Below, piece by piece: positions 45,376 through 59,454 of a stretch of DNA of 64,000 nt. The stretch lies in assembly GCF_009914755.1 (NCBI RefSeq), contig NC_060934.1. One strand, written 5' to 3'. How positions within the stretch are numbered: the stretch's first letter is position 1; every line of letters starts with the position of its first letter. The position numbers were made by a program, and so were the translations under genes. Origin of the DNA: the human T2T-CHM13v2.0 reference genome, Homo sapiens. The notes beneath the pieces are model-generated. The model worked only from the letters and a program-made list of their open reading frames with translations. It was not told the origin of the DNA and did no database searches.

Positions 45376-46098
45376 ATTTAACTATAATTCTACTGCAAGC
45401 CAATTTAAGTAGGACACAGAAAACTATAAAACAACACACCTTACTATGTTGTCTTCACACATGTATATGCACGTAATAGATATTATAAATCTCTAGATTG
45501 CTTAAATATAAAATCCACCCAATTTGCTTTGCTTCTTACCTTTTCTATCAAGGGGATTCACAATTACCTCAAGGCCTTACAAGATCAAGGCAGTATTATT
45601 TTGAGTTGTGTCTTCTATTAATACTTCCTTGAAAAGGAAGTCTTTTTTAACAGGTAACCTATAATTTATATCTCTAATTTACAGCTTTTAAAGCTTTTTT
45701 GTTGAATTTTGTAAAATCATCTAACTTTCTGAGTTAGCATCATTGTTTTTCTGCTGTTAAGCAACTTTGTCAGATTGTATCATTCTGATGGACTTCTACA
45801 TCTTGGTTGTTATTTTCTCCATAATCAAAACCTAGAAGTCAGTATACAGATTCAGATATATAGATAATAATAACCTAGGTGTCAAAGAAGATGATTGAAG
45901 TCCATGAACCCAGTCATACAGACATCTGGATGCATGAATTTCAACCATTTACTTCAAAAACCATGTTCTGCTTTTGCTGAGGCAGAAATTTCAATCATCT
46001 ATGCTATAAACTGAACCTCTCACCCAGTGAGCTCAGAAAACTCCCCAATATGATATTTCAGCTTCTCTTTTTTATTCCATTTAATACAATACCCCAAC

Positions 46099-46635
46099 TT
46101 TTTTTTTTTTTTTGAGGAATGTGAACCAAAGTTTTATTAGTTCATTTCTTGCATTTAAAGTGCTCTTCAATGACATCCTTGGCCTGAGATTCCTTATAAC
46201 TTCCATAGTCCTTAACTATTACACAACTTCAACCAACCTTTCTACAGGGTCTTCCCTCTGTCAGTATTACAGAGGCCCACCCATTCCCTAGTTTCTTGTT
46301 TTCATCAACCTTAATTAGGCTAATCTGGTGTTCAGCACATGGGCCTCCACCAACTTCACACACACACACACGCGCTCATCACAGTTGGATACAGGCACAC
46401 AAAGATGGGCTTGGTACTTGTCTAAGGCTCTGGCGGCTCCGCGAATCTCATGTGCTGGGCCATCATGGACGAGAGTGGTCTTCAGCACCGCTTGTAAAGC
46501 AGTGTTAACAACCATCACACCGCCAGCAGCAATGCCCTCCTCAGCCACCAAGGCAGGCCACAGGTAACGAGTGATGCCCCATCTTGAACGCACCCAAGCC
46601 TCCGCCTCCATAACTCAACAGCAGCAGGGAAAAAG
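46099..46635 (-). pseudogene. RPS12P16: RPS12 processed pseudogene
   Basis: Translation [23 protein letters not shown]...QAHLCV..SNCDE matches RPS12. Intronless, 5' pyrimidine (TOP) end, AATAAA (46133-46138), poly-A (46099-46113), start codon mutated, frameshift. Locus number recalled, not verified. Confidence 0.96.
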
Positions 46636-47705
46636 CATGGTCTCAATTCTCTTGACAAATCTCAGAGGTATTATACTCTTATTCCAACTACATCTCCCTC
46701 CCCAAAGAAGCGCACACAAAACAATTTTAAAACTTATGTTTTCTACGGAAACCTTACCTCAAAGTGATGCACAAAACTGAAATTTATATGGCTGCTTAAA
46801 TGTCACATCCTGGCTCCTAGCAGGGAAACAAAACGCTCTGAAGAGAGGATGGTTCCTGCTTGAGGGGGAAAAAGTCTGTCTTTCTTAGCAGTGCTCCTTC
46901 CCACAATAAACAAATGATCCAGGAATTTTGTACAAGAAGTCTACCTGATTCTTCGTCTACCCGCAATGTCCCCATCCACACACATCCCCCAAAAGGCCAC
47001 ATCTCATCTTTAAGATGAAAAGTAATTCCATTTTACCTGCCAGCTTAGAACTTAATAATTTAAAGGCATGTTTACAAGGGCAGAACATCATCATTATCAT
47101 CACTACCACTGGAACGACACGCAATTAGAAGTCGTTTAGGGAAGGAAGTTAGAAATGCTCGGCGGAATTTAATTAGACAAATTAGGTTTTGGCAGAGATC
47201 TCTAGGTCAACACCCTACTTCTATAAACAATATTATGGAATTCTTAATGACAATACAAGGCACTCATTCTTAAATTCTCAACTGGCAAATACCAACACTT
47301 AGGCCACCACCCTCAGGTTCAAGCAGTTTTAAACTATGATTTTTCGAAAGGGAAGAGAAAAGATTCTGCCAACAGAATCAGCAACAATACTTTTAGGCAG
47401 TCTCTGAATTTCCTCATTCATTTCTGGTATTACTTTCTGCATAGTCTACACAGAAAGTTTAATGTCTTAAAAACAGGTTTTATTCTGTGTCTTTACTCAA
47501 ATTACATTAATTTGAAGAAAATATCACATCGAAGAAAATCAGGTTTGCTGAAAATTCTTTACCAACAAACATCCAATATGGTGGCAGTTTCTGCGGAAGG
47601 AAGTATGTTACATATAAAATAGAGATTTGGAATGTCTTGGACTTGATTTATTTTCAGTATTTCAGTGTTGTCCAATAAGGAAAATATAAGAAAGATGATT
47701 AAACT

Positions 47706-48000
47706 GGCCAGGCACAGTGACTCACACCTATAATCCCAGAACTTTGGGAGGCTGAGGCAGGAGGACTGCTTGAGGCCATGAGTTTGCAACCAGCCTGGGC
47801 AACATAGTGAGACCCCCACATCTACAAAAAAATAAAATTAACAGGGTGTAGTAGCACATGCCTGTGGTCTCAGCTACTTGAGAGGCTGAGGTGGGAGGAC
47901 TGCTTCAGCCCAGGAGATTGAGACTACCAAGAGCTGTGATCATGCCACTGCACTCCAGCCTGGGCAACAGATCTAGACTCTGTCTCAAAAAAAAAAAAAA
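47706..48000 (+). mobile_element. Alu (AluJ-like)
   Basis: Alu consensus with A tail. Confidence 0.92.
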
Positions 48001-48554
48001 GAAAAGAAACTAAAACTGCAAGATTTAGCAGACATATGAGGACCAAAATAAGTGTAGAATTGATGACATATTAAGTGTCCATTCTATAAACCATTAAGAG
48101 ATATTCCCAAAACACACATCATTCATAAACTGGCCAGAATCAGTATCACACATTTGAGCTGAATTTGTATGAAGAGGGAAACAGTTCTGAAGCACCTATC
48201 TGTAATGCTGCAAGGCACCACTCTTCTCCGGGCAGGGGGACACAGATACCATGACTAACTCTCAATGGTTTCACAGCTCGAAAATCACCGTTCTAATGAA
48301 AGACCACCGGAGGGCACACATAACCCATGGCACTCATCCAAAAGTAAAAATAAAAAAAGCACATTTTATGTGCAGGGTAATCTTTACTTTTTATCTGTTA
48401 TTGCTGTTTGGTAATTACAAACTAGCTCCAAAAATATCAACATTAAGAAAAGGAATCTTTATAACACTGTTAAAAGATCCACTATATATTGATTGTATAG
48501 CCTAAACTTACAGTCATATATCCAGTAGCTTCAAAGAATTCTTTTTAAAAAATG

Positions 48555-48908
<354 letters not shown>

Positions 48909-49367
48909 TAATTCTGAACAATGTACAGAACTGTGAAATTGGAGAAACACTAATTTGCTTTTATTCCATTATTTTGTTATACATAAAAATCAACTAATCC
49001 TTTTTAGTGAGATGTTTGGGTAACATCAGGGTCTCCATTAAAAACATGTTTTAGTAAGAGATTCCATACGAGTAATAAGGATCTGCTAATATCACAACTT
49101 GTTAGTATTGCAGCATACAGTAATTTAAACCCTTGCAATAAGTGAATAAACATAAACACTAATAAATAATAAGCATTCACAAATGAATTGATAGCACAGA
49201 AAATATCAGTATGATTTTGAAAACAAAAATGTTCAAAAATTAATCAGGAAACTTTTTCAAAATAATATTAAGGAGTAAACACAAAGAGTAAGCATGACTT
49301 TCAATTCCCCCCGCCCACCAAGAAAATAAAAATTAAAGGGGTGTTTTAAGGAAGTTTCTGTACCAAC

Positions 49368-49508
49368 CTGCCTTTTGCTGACTTCTGAAGTGGCTCTCTT
49401 GAGGTTCAATGACCTTGAAAACCTTAACGCCTTCACCGAATCCTTCCGAGAGGTCCCAGAAAAAGAGTAATACCTCTTTGCAGGTTTCCCCTTCGCTCTG
49501 TCTGCCAT
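49368..49508 (-). CDS. Candidate alternative first coding exon of host gene (47 aa, MADRAKGKPAKRYYSFSGTSRKDSVKALRFSRSLNLKRATSEVSKRQ)
   Basis: GAG-ATG-G Kozak; 141 nt open to CAG|GTTGGT donor in phase 0; unique non-repeat sequence. Confidence 0.5.
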
Positions 49509-50289
49509 CTCAACCCATTAGGAAGACAAAATCCTCAACAGCACAGACTTCAAGACTAACAACAGAATAAAATGATCCCCAAATAAACAGTCCACCCAAA
49601 ATGTAAATAAACAACCTGTTTTGCTCAGTCCTCAAGGAAAGGGCAAAACCTCAAGTAAAGGGTAAAAAATGGAAAGCAGGTGGAAAATAGGGGAACACAT
49701 TCCACCACCTAAGTAACCCCTCAATGGACGGCACAGACGGCATCCGGCAGTGTGGACTCCAGGTTCACCAGGGAAACCAGCTACGCCTCAACTGCACCAA
49801 ATTAAAACTGCACCAGTCAAACAGGCCGGAGGTAGTTTGTCAAGAGTAAAACAGGGTGTAGCAAAACACCCTGGAGTCAGCAGGGTGTGAGAGCACACAT
49901 CAGGTTCAAAGAAGTCTCTCAACGCATTCCTTGCCAAAATAGACAGAGGGCTATAGGATAGGATCAAATCACCACTCCTACTTCAAACCAGGAGCCCTCG
50001 GAGTGTGACTATTTTGTTAAGCTCTTTGAAAACTCTCTTCTTCCAGTGAATGAGAAATGGAGTGATCGGATGCTCAAATACACATATTTTACTCAGAGAA
50101 ACACAAAACAAAATAGTCACAAGCATTACGAATTAGGAGTCTGGAACGCCACCTCCCATGTCACAGAAAGAGGAGGGAGGGTGTTTTTATACCCTTTCAA
50201 AAGGCAACAGGAACATCTTTCCTTCATTTTATCTCAGGTCTCACTGAACTGAAGTTGAGCTCGAGAACAGGTCACGAAAATAAGACAAG

Positions 50290-50620
50290 TCGTCTGTGCA
50301 GGAACAGGGATGGAACTGGAGGCCATTATCCTATGTGAAATCACCAAATCAGACACCGCATGTTTCACTTACAAGTGGAAGCCAAACAGTGGGTACATAC
50401 AGACACACAGAGCAGAATAACAGACACTGGAGACTCCAAGAGGTGGGAGGGTGCAAGGTGTGAGGACAGAAAATTACCTTCTGTGTACAATGTTCACTAT
50501 TTAGGTGATGGATGCACTAAAAGCCCAGACTCCACCACTACCCAATATGAGCATGTAAGAACCTGCACTTGTACTATCTAAATATATAAAAATAAAAATA
50601 AAAATTTTAAAGAAAATAAA
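50290..50620 (+). mobile_element. L1M 3' end fragment
   Basis: ggatggaactggaggccattatcct...acctgcacttgtac, A-rich tail. Confidence 0.85.
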
Positions 50621-50784
50621 ACATGAGAAAATGGAGAAATAGGTCTCTAGAGAAAGTACTGAATACTATGAATACCTGCAATACAATTATACTTATAATA
50701 CTATTAACACTAGAGCCCCACAAAACCCAATGCTTTAGGACACCTACAAGCCTAACCCAAGGATTGAAAGATACAGTACATTCA

Positions 50785-51077
50785 GGCCAGTGTGGCAGCT
50801 CATGCCTGTAATCCCAGCACTTTGGGAGGCCGAGGCGGGCTGATCACTTGAGGTCAGGAGTTCGAGACCAGCCTGGAACACATGGTGAAACCCCATCTCT
50901 ACTAAAAAATAAAAAAATTAGCCAGGTATGGTGGTGGGAGCCTGTAATCCTAGCTACTCTGGAGGATGAGGCAGGAGATCACTTGAACCCAGGAGGTGGA
51001 GGTTGCAGTGAACCAATATCACACCACTGCACTGCAGCCTGAGTGATGGAGTAAGACTCCGTCTAAAAAAAAAAAAA
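50785..51077 (+). mobile_element. Alu (AluS-like)
   Basis: Alu consensus. Confidence 0.93.
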
Positions 51078-51205
51078 TGAGGGGAGGGGAAGGGGAATGA
51101 GAAGCGGGAGGGGGAAAGATAAAGAAAGAAAACGTTCAAGGTAACAAGAGGCATGGAATTATTTTTTAAAACACATACCAATCATTAAAGAAGCTACATA
51201 ACCAA

Positions 51206-51501
51206 TTGGAAATCATCATTCTCAGTAAACTATCGCAAGAGCAAAAAACCAAACACCACATATTCTCACTCATAGGTGGGAATTGAACAATGAGATCACA
51301 TGGACACAGGAAGGGGAATATCACACTCTGGGGACTGTGGTGGGGTGGGGGGAGGGGGGAGGGATAGCATTGGGAGATATACCTAATGCTAGATCACGAG
51401 TTAGTGGGTGCAGCACACCAGCATGGCACATGTATACATATGTAACTAACCTGCACAATGTGCACATGTACCCTAAAACTTAAAGTATAATAAAAAAAAA
51501 A
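51206..51501 (+). mobile_element. Young 5'-truncated L1 (L1PA2-like)
   Basis: Close to L1HS 3'UTR but with GAG (not ACA) and cttaaag; perfect 19-bp TSD aaagaagctacataaccaa (51187-51205, 51502-51520). Confidence 0.95.
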
Positions 51502-51605
51502 AAAGAAGCTACATAACCAAACAGCCTACACCAGAAATATACAGCTGGTGAATAATATAAACACAGAAAATTTAAGGACAGCTGTATTTAACAGTGTTAT
51601 ACGAT

Positions 51606-51858
51606 GCAATATTACTCAAAGTGTGGTCCCAGTCTCCATGAAGTACAGAAATAGAGTAAGCTTTTGAGAACACAGCAACTTGACTGAGTAATTTTATATC
51701 TGTTAACTCTAATAATAGCTAAAATAAAGGCCCATAAAACACAAGCCACTTTATCCCAGTAATTTATTTGCATTGTATTTTAAAAGTATTGTTCTGCCAC
51801 AGGTTGGAGGGAAAAAAAAAGCAAATCTAGTCCTTCACAGCGACAGTTTGAGAAGTAA
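51606..51858. mobile_element. hAT-Charlie-type DNA transposon remnant
   Basis: Ends tactcaaagtgtggtcc ... cagtttgagaagta resemble Charlie TIRs. Confidence 0.55.
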
Positions 51859-52129
51859 TTAGTTGTGTTAACTAAAGGTAGAAAGAATATTCAAGACTGC
51901 CTCTTTGGGGAGGGAGAGAAAGTTAGAACTAGCCCATCTGGAGGCTGACCTGAACACACCTCCTAATTTATCCAGCCTGAATATTCCCACCTACATATGG
52001 GACTTTTCTTGCTTTAAAAGTATGTGGAATGCAGCTACACTAAGAAAAAAAGGATACAAAACTTTACATACCTTATAGAACATGGAACACCACTGTTGTA
52101 GCTGCAAACATTTTGCTAGCATTTTCCTT

Positions 52130-52532
<403 letters not shown>

Positions 52533-52776
52533 TGAGGGCTAGATGAAAGAAAAGGATGCTGTTACAGAAATGCAACTGCAGTGTCATCTCAACCTCAAGT
52601 TCCCAGCAGCCAAGAGATCCCTGTTGACACTACCCACAAGTGCTGATAACAAAATGCCTGATAGTGGACGGTCATCATTCGACTGTGCCCTTGAAAAGAA
52701 GTATCTCTTGACAATCTTTTGTAAGAAATTAAGTCAAGCAGTATAGCACACATTCAGACGCAAGGAACTTCAGAAT

Positions 52777-52862
52777 TCTTGCGTGGTAGTGCACGCCTGT
52801 AATCCCAGCTACTCAGGAGGCTGGGGCAGAAGAACTGCTTGAACCCGGGAGGTGGAGGTTGC
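52777..52862 (+). mobile_element. Alu right-arm fragment
   Basis: cgcctgtaatcccagctactcaggagg. Confidence 0.8.
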
Positions 52863-53076
52863 CTTAATAATGTATTGAGAATCCTCAAATTCTAACACAC
52901 AGAAAATAAACAATGTATTTCTTACAACTATCTCTGGGTGCCAAGTATATACCATGCTCTCTATAAATTCATAGAAATAAAAAAATAAGTGAAACTGATT
53001 ACCTACAGAAACTCATTTCATAACACAAATATCTAGGATAGCCTGGTTTGTTTGCTCGCTTGTTTTTAAATCCTCA

Positions 53077-53402
53077 GGCCAGGTGCAGTGACTCACACCT
53101 GTAATCTAAGCACTTTTGGGAGGCTGAGGCAGGAGGCTCATTTGAGCCCGGGTGTTGGAGGCTGCACTGAGCTAGGATCACGTCACTGCACTCCAGCCTG
53201 GGTGACAGACCAAGACCCATCTTAAATAAGCAAACAAACAAAAAGCCAGGCATGGTGATGCACATCTGCAGTCCAAGCTACTCAGGCGGCTGAGGTGGGA
53301 GCCCAGGAGACAGAGGTTGCAGAGATTGCATCACTGCACTCCAGCCTCGGTGACAGAGCAAGGGCCTGTCTCGAAGAAAAACAAAACAAAACAAAATAAA
53401 AC
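53077..53402 (+). mobile_element. AluJ-like dimer with chimeric first arm
   Basis: Both monomers carry the right-arm insert (ctgcactccagcc). Confidence 0.8.
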
Positions 53403-53570
53403 CTCAGAAGCAGTTATTAAAAGAATGAAGAGCCTAATTTGACAATGGTGGTGGTGGTGGTGATGGTGGCCGACAACGGCAACCACAATTAACATTTCCT
53501 GGGACCTTATTCTTGCCGAGCACAAAACCTTAATGTGAATTCTAAGGCTTAATCTTAAACTTAACCTCAT

Positions 53571-53913
53571 AATGAAATCATGTCCTTTGCAGCCACATAG
53601 ATGGAACTGGAAGCCAACACCCTAAGTGAAATAACTGACACAGAAAGGTGAACACCACGTATTCTCATTCATAAGTGGAAGCTAAACAATGGGCACACAT
53701 GGTCATAAAGATGGAAACGATGGACACTGGCGACTCCAAAAGTGGGAGGCGGGGAGAGAAGCAAGGCTTGCAAAACTATTTACCGGGTACTACACTCACA
53801 GTTTAGGTGATGAGTTCACCGAGGCTCAAATCCCATCATCACCCAATATACCTATGTAATATAACTACACATGTATCTCCTGAATCTGAAATTTAAAACA
53901 AACAAACAAAAAA
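53571..53913 (+). mobile_element. L1M 3' end fragment splitting a MIR (MIR remnants ~53480-53570 and 53930-54030)
   Basis: aatgaaatcatgtcctttgcagc...; MIR core cccattttacagatg-like motif resumes after the tail. Confidence 0.8.
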
Positions 53914-54949
53914 CTCGTAAGATAGTTACTATGATTATACCCCATTTACAGATGGGAAAAATGAGGTAAGAGAAGTCAAGTAAAGACAGCGTGAAGCCGG
54001 GATTCAAATGCAGGCAGTGTGGCTCCACAGCCCACCATACGAGATGCCAGGCACTTCCAAAGCAACAGAAAAGCACAGCGCGGCACACCAAGTTATTAAG
54101 CCCCAGCCTGGGATTGGTGTAACAGAAAGAGTGAGAACCTCTGTCCCCTGACTCACTGGGTGGCCCCAGATAAGCAAAGTCTTGAGGGCTTTCGCTAGAA
54201 GGACTGAGGCCCAGCCCATCCTGTGCAGGCTGACCCCAAAGCTCCTACTGCTCGTGAGGACCCTCACTTTTCATGCAGGAGGCCTGGCCCCCTCCGAACT
54301 CCCTTTCACTAACACCTCACTGCTCTACCTGTACCATATCTGGGCCCTGTGCTCCCACAAATTGATGAACTGTGGCCAAACCAGTACCCACAAAACACTT
54401 AAATGTTGGGAAGTCATCTTTCTGAATTAATTAGCCATTTGCTGCTCTGCTTGGCAGCAAATTTAAATATTTGCTTCTTTACACTCTAAAATAAGCTCAC
54501 TTAGGAGGAAATGAATAAAGTCATCTAGTTAATGAAGTCAATTTATACAAGTTATTTCATTTCCAGGTTATCAAAATCTTTAAATCATTCAGTTCCTATG
54601 CCAATTCATACTAAAGTCCAAAAAAAGATGTTTCTATTCTAAGCTATATTTATAACTAAACCTAATGCTTCTTTCCTACTGGAATTAAGCAGAAGTAGAA
54701 TATGGAGTGGACAGTGAAAACGAAAACAAAACAGTGAACCACACACACTGTCCTCAGAGATGACCAGTACTGACACTTTTTGGTCTACCCCTCAAACTTT
54801 TTCTAATGTATATAATTATTGCACTAAAGTTAGATTATATTTGGTACATTGTTTTAAACTGACTTTTCACAGATTTATATTGGATTCACAGATTTATCTA
54901 CGGTTAGTCCCAAATATCCAGCTGCCGAACTAACAGCTCCAAGACACTC

Positions 54950-55277
54950 AAACTCACAGAAGACAACACTGAATGTAATCTCCCATCCCTAGTCTGGCAA
55001 CCTCGCAGCAGTCCCTACCTTGGTGAATGCCCCACCATCTCCACCCAGCCCAATCGCCATCAATTTCAACCTCCTTCCACAAAACTGGCAGGAGCCACAC
55101 ACTGCCTGCATTCGAATCCTGGTTCCAGAAAACCTGCTGACTGGCCTCTGCCTTCCATGCTGCCTCCTCATTCATTCTTCACACAGCCACCAGGGGGATA
55201 TTTCTCAAATGTAAACCTGATCACTTAACACCTGCTGGTCTTTCAGTTACATGTCTATAAGACTTTGGCTTGATGAT

Positions 55278-55331
<54 letters not shown>

Positions 55332-55378
55332 ACACACATATATACACACACACATATATATACATGTATATATATACA

Positions 55379-55424
<46 letters not shown>

Positions 55425-55475
55425 AGTAGCACTAAGCCCAATGCCTGGTACAAACTAGGTGCTTAGTAAACTGAA
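54950..55475 (+). mobile_element. L2 fragment split by a microsatellite
   Basis: aacctgatcactt...; atgcctggtacaaactaggtgcttagtaaa 3' end. Confidence 0.5.
55277..55418 (+). repeat. Compound (CA)n/(TA)n microsatellite
   Basis: About 140 nt of alternating purine-pyrimidine. Confidence 0.97.
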
Positions 55476-56010
55476 TTACCTAAAAATATTAGTCTGATTT
55501 TCTTGCAAAGGAAATTATTCCATATGCTATCTTTTAAATTATTCACGCACTCTGGTTTGAAAAACTTATTAACCTTTGAGAGGGAGAGGGAGGCCACTTA
55601 GCTTTGATTCAATATTGAAACTAGGTTTTAATTTATTCCATTTAATCTTAATCTCAAGTATTCATCAGAAGACAGTAGGGTATGTATTTATGAATAACTA
55701 AATTATTCCTTTTGATTAAGACAACAGAAAACACATTTCATAAGTTTTTCATTATACTGTTTTCTGTAAGTAGGATTTATGATAAGGTATGCCTTCAGAA
55801 AACACTGCTTCTTTAAAATGTATATTTCCCCAAGATGGAAAGATTAAGATGCCTGCATTAAAAGCATGTTCTCCTGGGCTACATCCACTTCACCTGAAGG
55901 AAGGCAAGGAATTCAACAACTCACCTACCTGATCAGCAAAAAACAGTACGCTGGTCACCATGTAACACCCTAGGCAGATATCATAATTCATGTTTACTTA
56001 CGGAAATTAA

Positions 56011-56400
<390 letters not shown>

Positions 56401-56960
56401 TTTCTGCAATCATTTTAAAATTCGAGGTAGTAATCATATGATGCCACATCCTAATGGAAATTAAACACATTTCTGGGATCCCCACCCTGCAACTCATCCC
56501 ATTTTTGCATGTAAAACACTGAACTCAAATTAATTTCACATGTTTAGTAATAACTAAAATACTACTTACTTGAAATAAGAACACCTTAGTTATTTCAGGT
56601 ATCACTGCTTTTCACTAACACATAATTTACTTGAATTCCTTAAGTGTGAACTACAATTGTTACAAATGTAGTATGTGAAGCCCTCCCTCATTTAATATGT
56701 CTTATTTTTACAGCTTGTAGCTCTGTGAAATGTTAACAAATTAGAATCTGGATAATAACTTACAACCTCGGTCCTTGTGCGATAATTTTCCTATGGCTCT
56801 TTTCTGTCTTTTCACTACATACTCAAGTTGCTTTTAATATTTTGTATATTTTAATGTTAAAGGAAACTGGCCATAGTTGAAAATTCTATCCACCAAAGGC
56901 ACTTCCTTAGGAAACTTCAGTATGTATTAATAAGAACTCCCTTAAAAAAAAAAAAAATAG

Positions 56961-57615
<655 letters not shown>

Positions 57616-58353
57616 TTAAAGCATGTTCCTAACCTGAAAATTCTGCCATACTTGTATTTCAAAAGCAAAAATTATTATAGCACATTTCAAAAATATCAAT
57701 ATAAAATGCCTAATGGGGCAGTAATTTTATTACCATAAGAGGCACCAAAACAACATCAGTATGTAAGTTAGAGACTATACCCAGGGCAAGGGGGCTGGGG
57801 AAGGATGGAAATGTGCCCCTGTTAGCTTTTCCTCAGCACGTGGAGTTGTTGCCTGCCTGTGATCCCCAATAAGTTTTTTAAAGTTTCTTTTTCTTCCCAA
57901 CATTTTTCTAACGGAACTGGCCAAATCACCCCCTAGAAAATCCCAAATTCTCTGATAAACATCAACAGGCTTAGCAGCCAGCAATCTCCACCACAATCCT
58001 TCCCCATGCCTGGCTTCAGCATAAACGTGCAAACTCTTCAAACTGAGTTTACACAGCCATTCCATCCAAGACTTCCTCCACAAAGGGCAAGAAACAGATA
58101 GTGCAAGGCATCTCACAGGGTCACCACCAAAACAGAACATACATGACATCATTCCTGCTCAAAGCAAAATTACATCCAAGAACGACAAAGGAAGTGCTTG
58201 ATATTACATCTCTGAATCACCTTCAGCACCAAAGATAGTAAAAGATGACAACATGGGGAAGAGGAAGACTTTCTCCCTGTTGATCATCCACACAAAAGTG
58301 TACTTCCCCGCCACCTACTGACTCCACATGCCCGGTCAGTTACACCTGAAATC

Positions 58354-58659
58354 TTTTTTTTTTTTTTTTTTTTTTTTTTGAGACAGGGTCTCACTCTGTT
58401 GCCCAAGCTTGAGTAGAGCAGCGTGATCATGGCTCACTGCAGCCTCAACCTCACAGGCTCAATGCGATCCTCCCACCTCAGCCTTTGAGTAGCTCAGACT
58501 ACAGGCCAGCACCACCACACTCAGCTAATTGTAGTATTTTTTGTAGAAACAGTCTCGTTAGGTTGCCCAGGCTGCTCTCAAACTTCTGGGCTCAAGTGAT
58601 CCACCCGCTTTGGCCTCCCAAAGTGCTGGGATTACAGGCCTGAGCCATGGCGCCTGGCT
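58354..58659 (-). mobile_element. Alu (AluJ-like)
   Basis: Antisense Alu; TSD ctgaaatcttt. Confidence 0.93.
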
Positions 58660-59454
58660 CTGAAATCTTTGTTTACGCCCCTTACAATCAGTCTCAGGTG
58701 ACTGGCCTGCGCAGGAACTGAATCCCAAGTATTTTTATTCTGTGATAAATTTGGAAAAATTATCCACATTTCTAAATTTGCTGTACTACCCACAGGGAAT
58801 AAACAGGAGTGGCCTAGGCCCACTGTTGAGAACGAAGGGAAGGTCCTCAAATAATAAATGACAAAGACCAAACCAGACAGAGATTCACACAAAATACAGC
58901 TTGTCCATCAGGAAAGTTCACGTACACAAACGCATGACAGCTGCTCTAAATGGTGGTGAAGATAACATTAAACTGTTTCAGTTTTTCCTAATTTGGCAAA
59001 ATGTCAATTGAGAAAACTGAGACTGAGATGCTAAGAGTAAACACGACATCACTGTTCCAGAAACACAGAGAAAGGACAAACAAAACAAAGTACCTTTTTA
59101 CACTCAAAGAGATCTAGAGTATTCTACACCTTAGAAAATCAAACCTACTCCAAGGGGCCAGGGTAATATAATAGTACCATTTGAACAAATTTGGGTAAAT
59201 CCTGGAAGTGAGAACTGTATAGGCACTAACAGAAAACTTCCTCAGTGCTGTGCCCTGAACGTTAATAATTAAAGGATAATGAGGAAAATTAGGGGTAATT
59301 TAGTACTTGACTTTAATTTTCTTTTGCTATCATTTAAAATACTGCCTCTTCCCCTCCATAAAAAATAAGTTTTTAATAATGTTACAAATTCACAACGACC
59401 AAGTATAAAATTTGCATCTTCAAGAGCATCTTCCCTGCTACAGAGGCAGAGCCA

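Noticed and set aside
53446-53470. Poly-His ORF segment
   Set aside because: Translation of a short (TGG)n repeat next to MIR/Alu
55186-55200. CTCF-like CCACCAGGGGGAT
   Set aside because: Lacks the highly conserved C after the G run; lies in an L2 remnant
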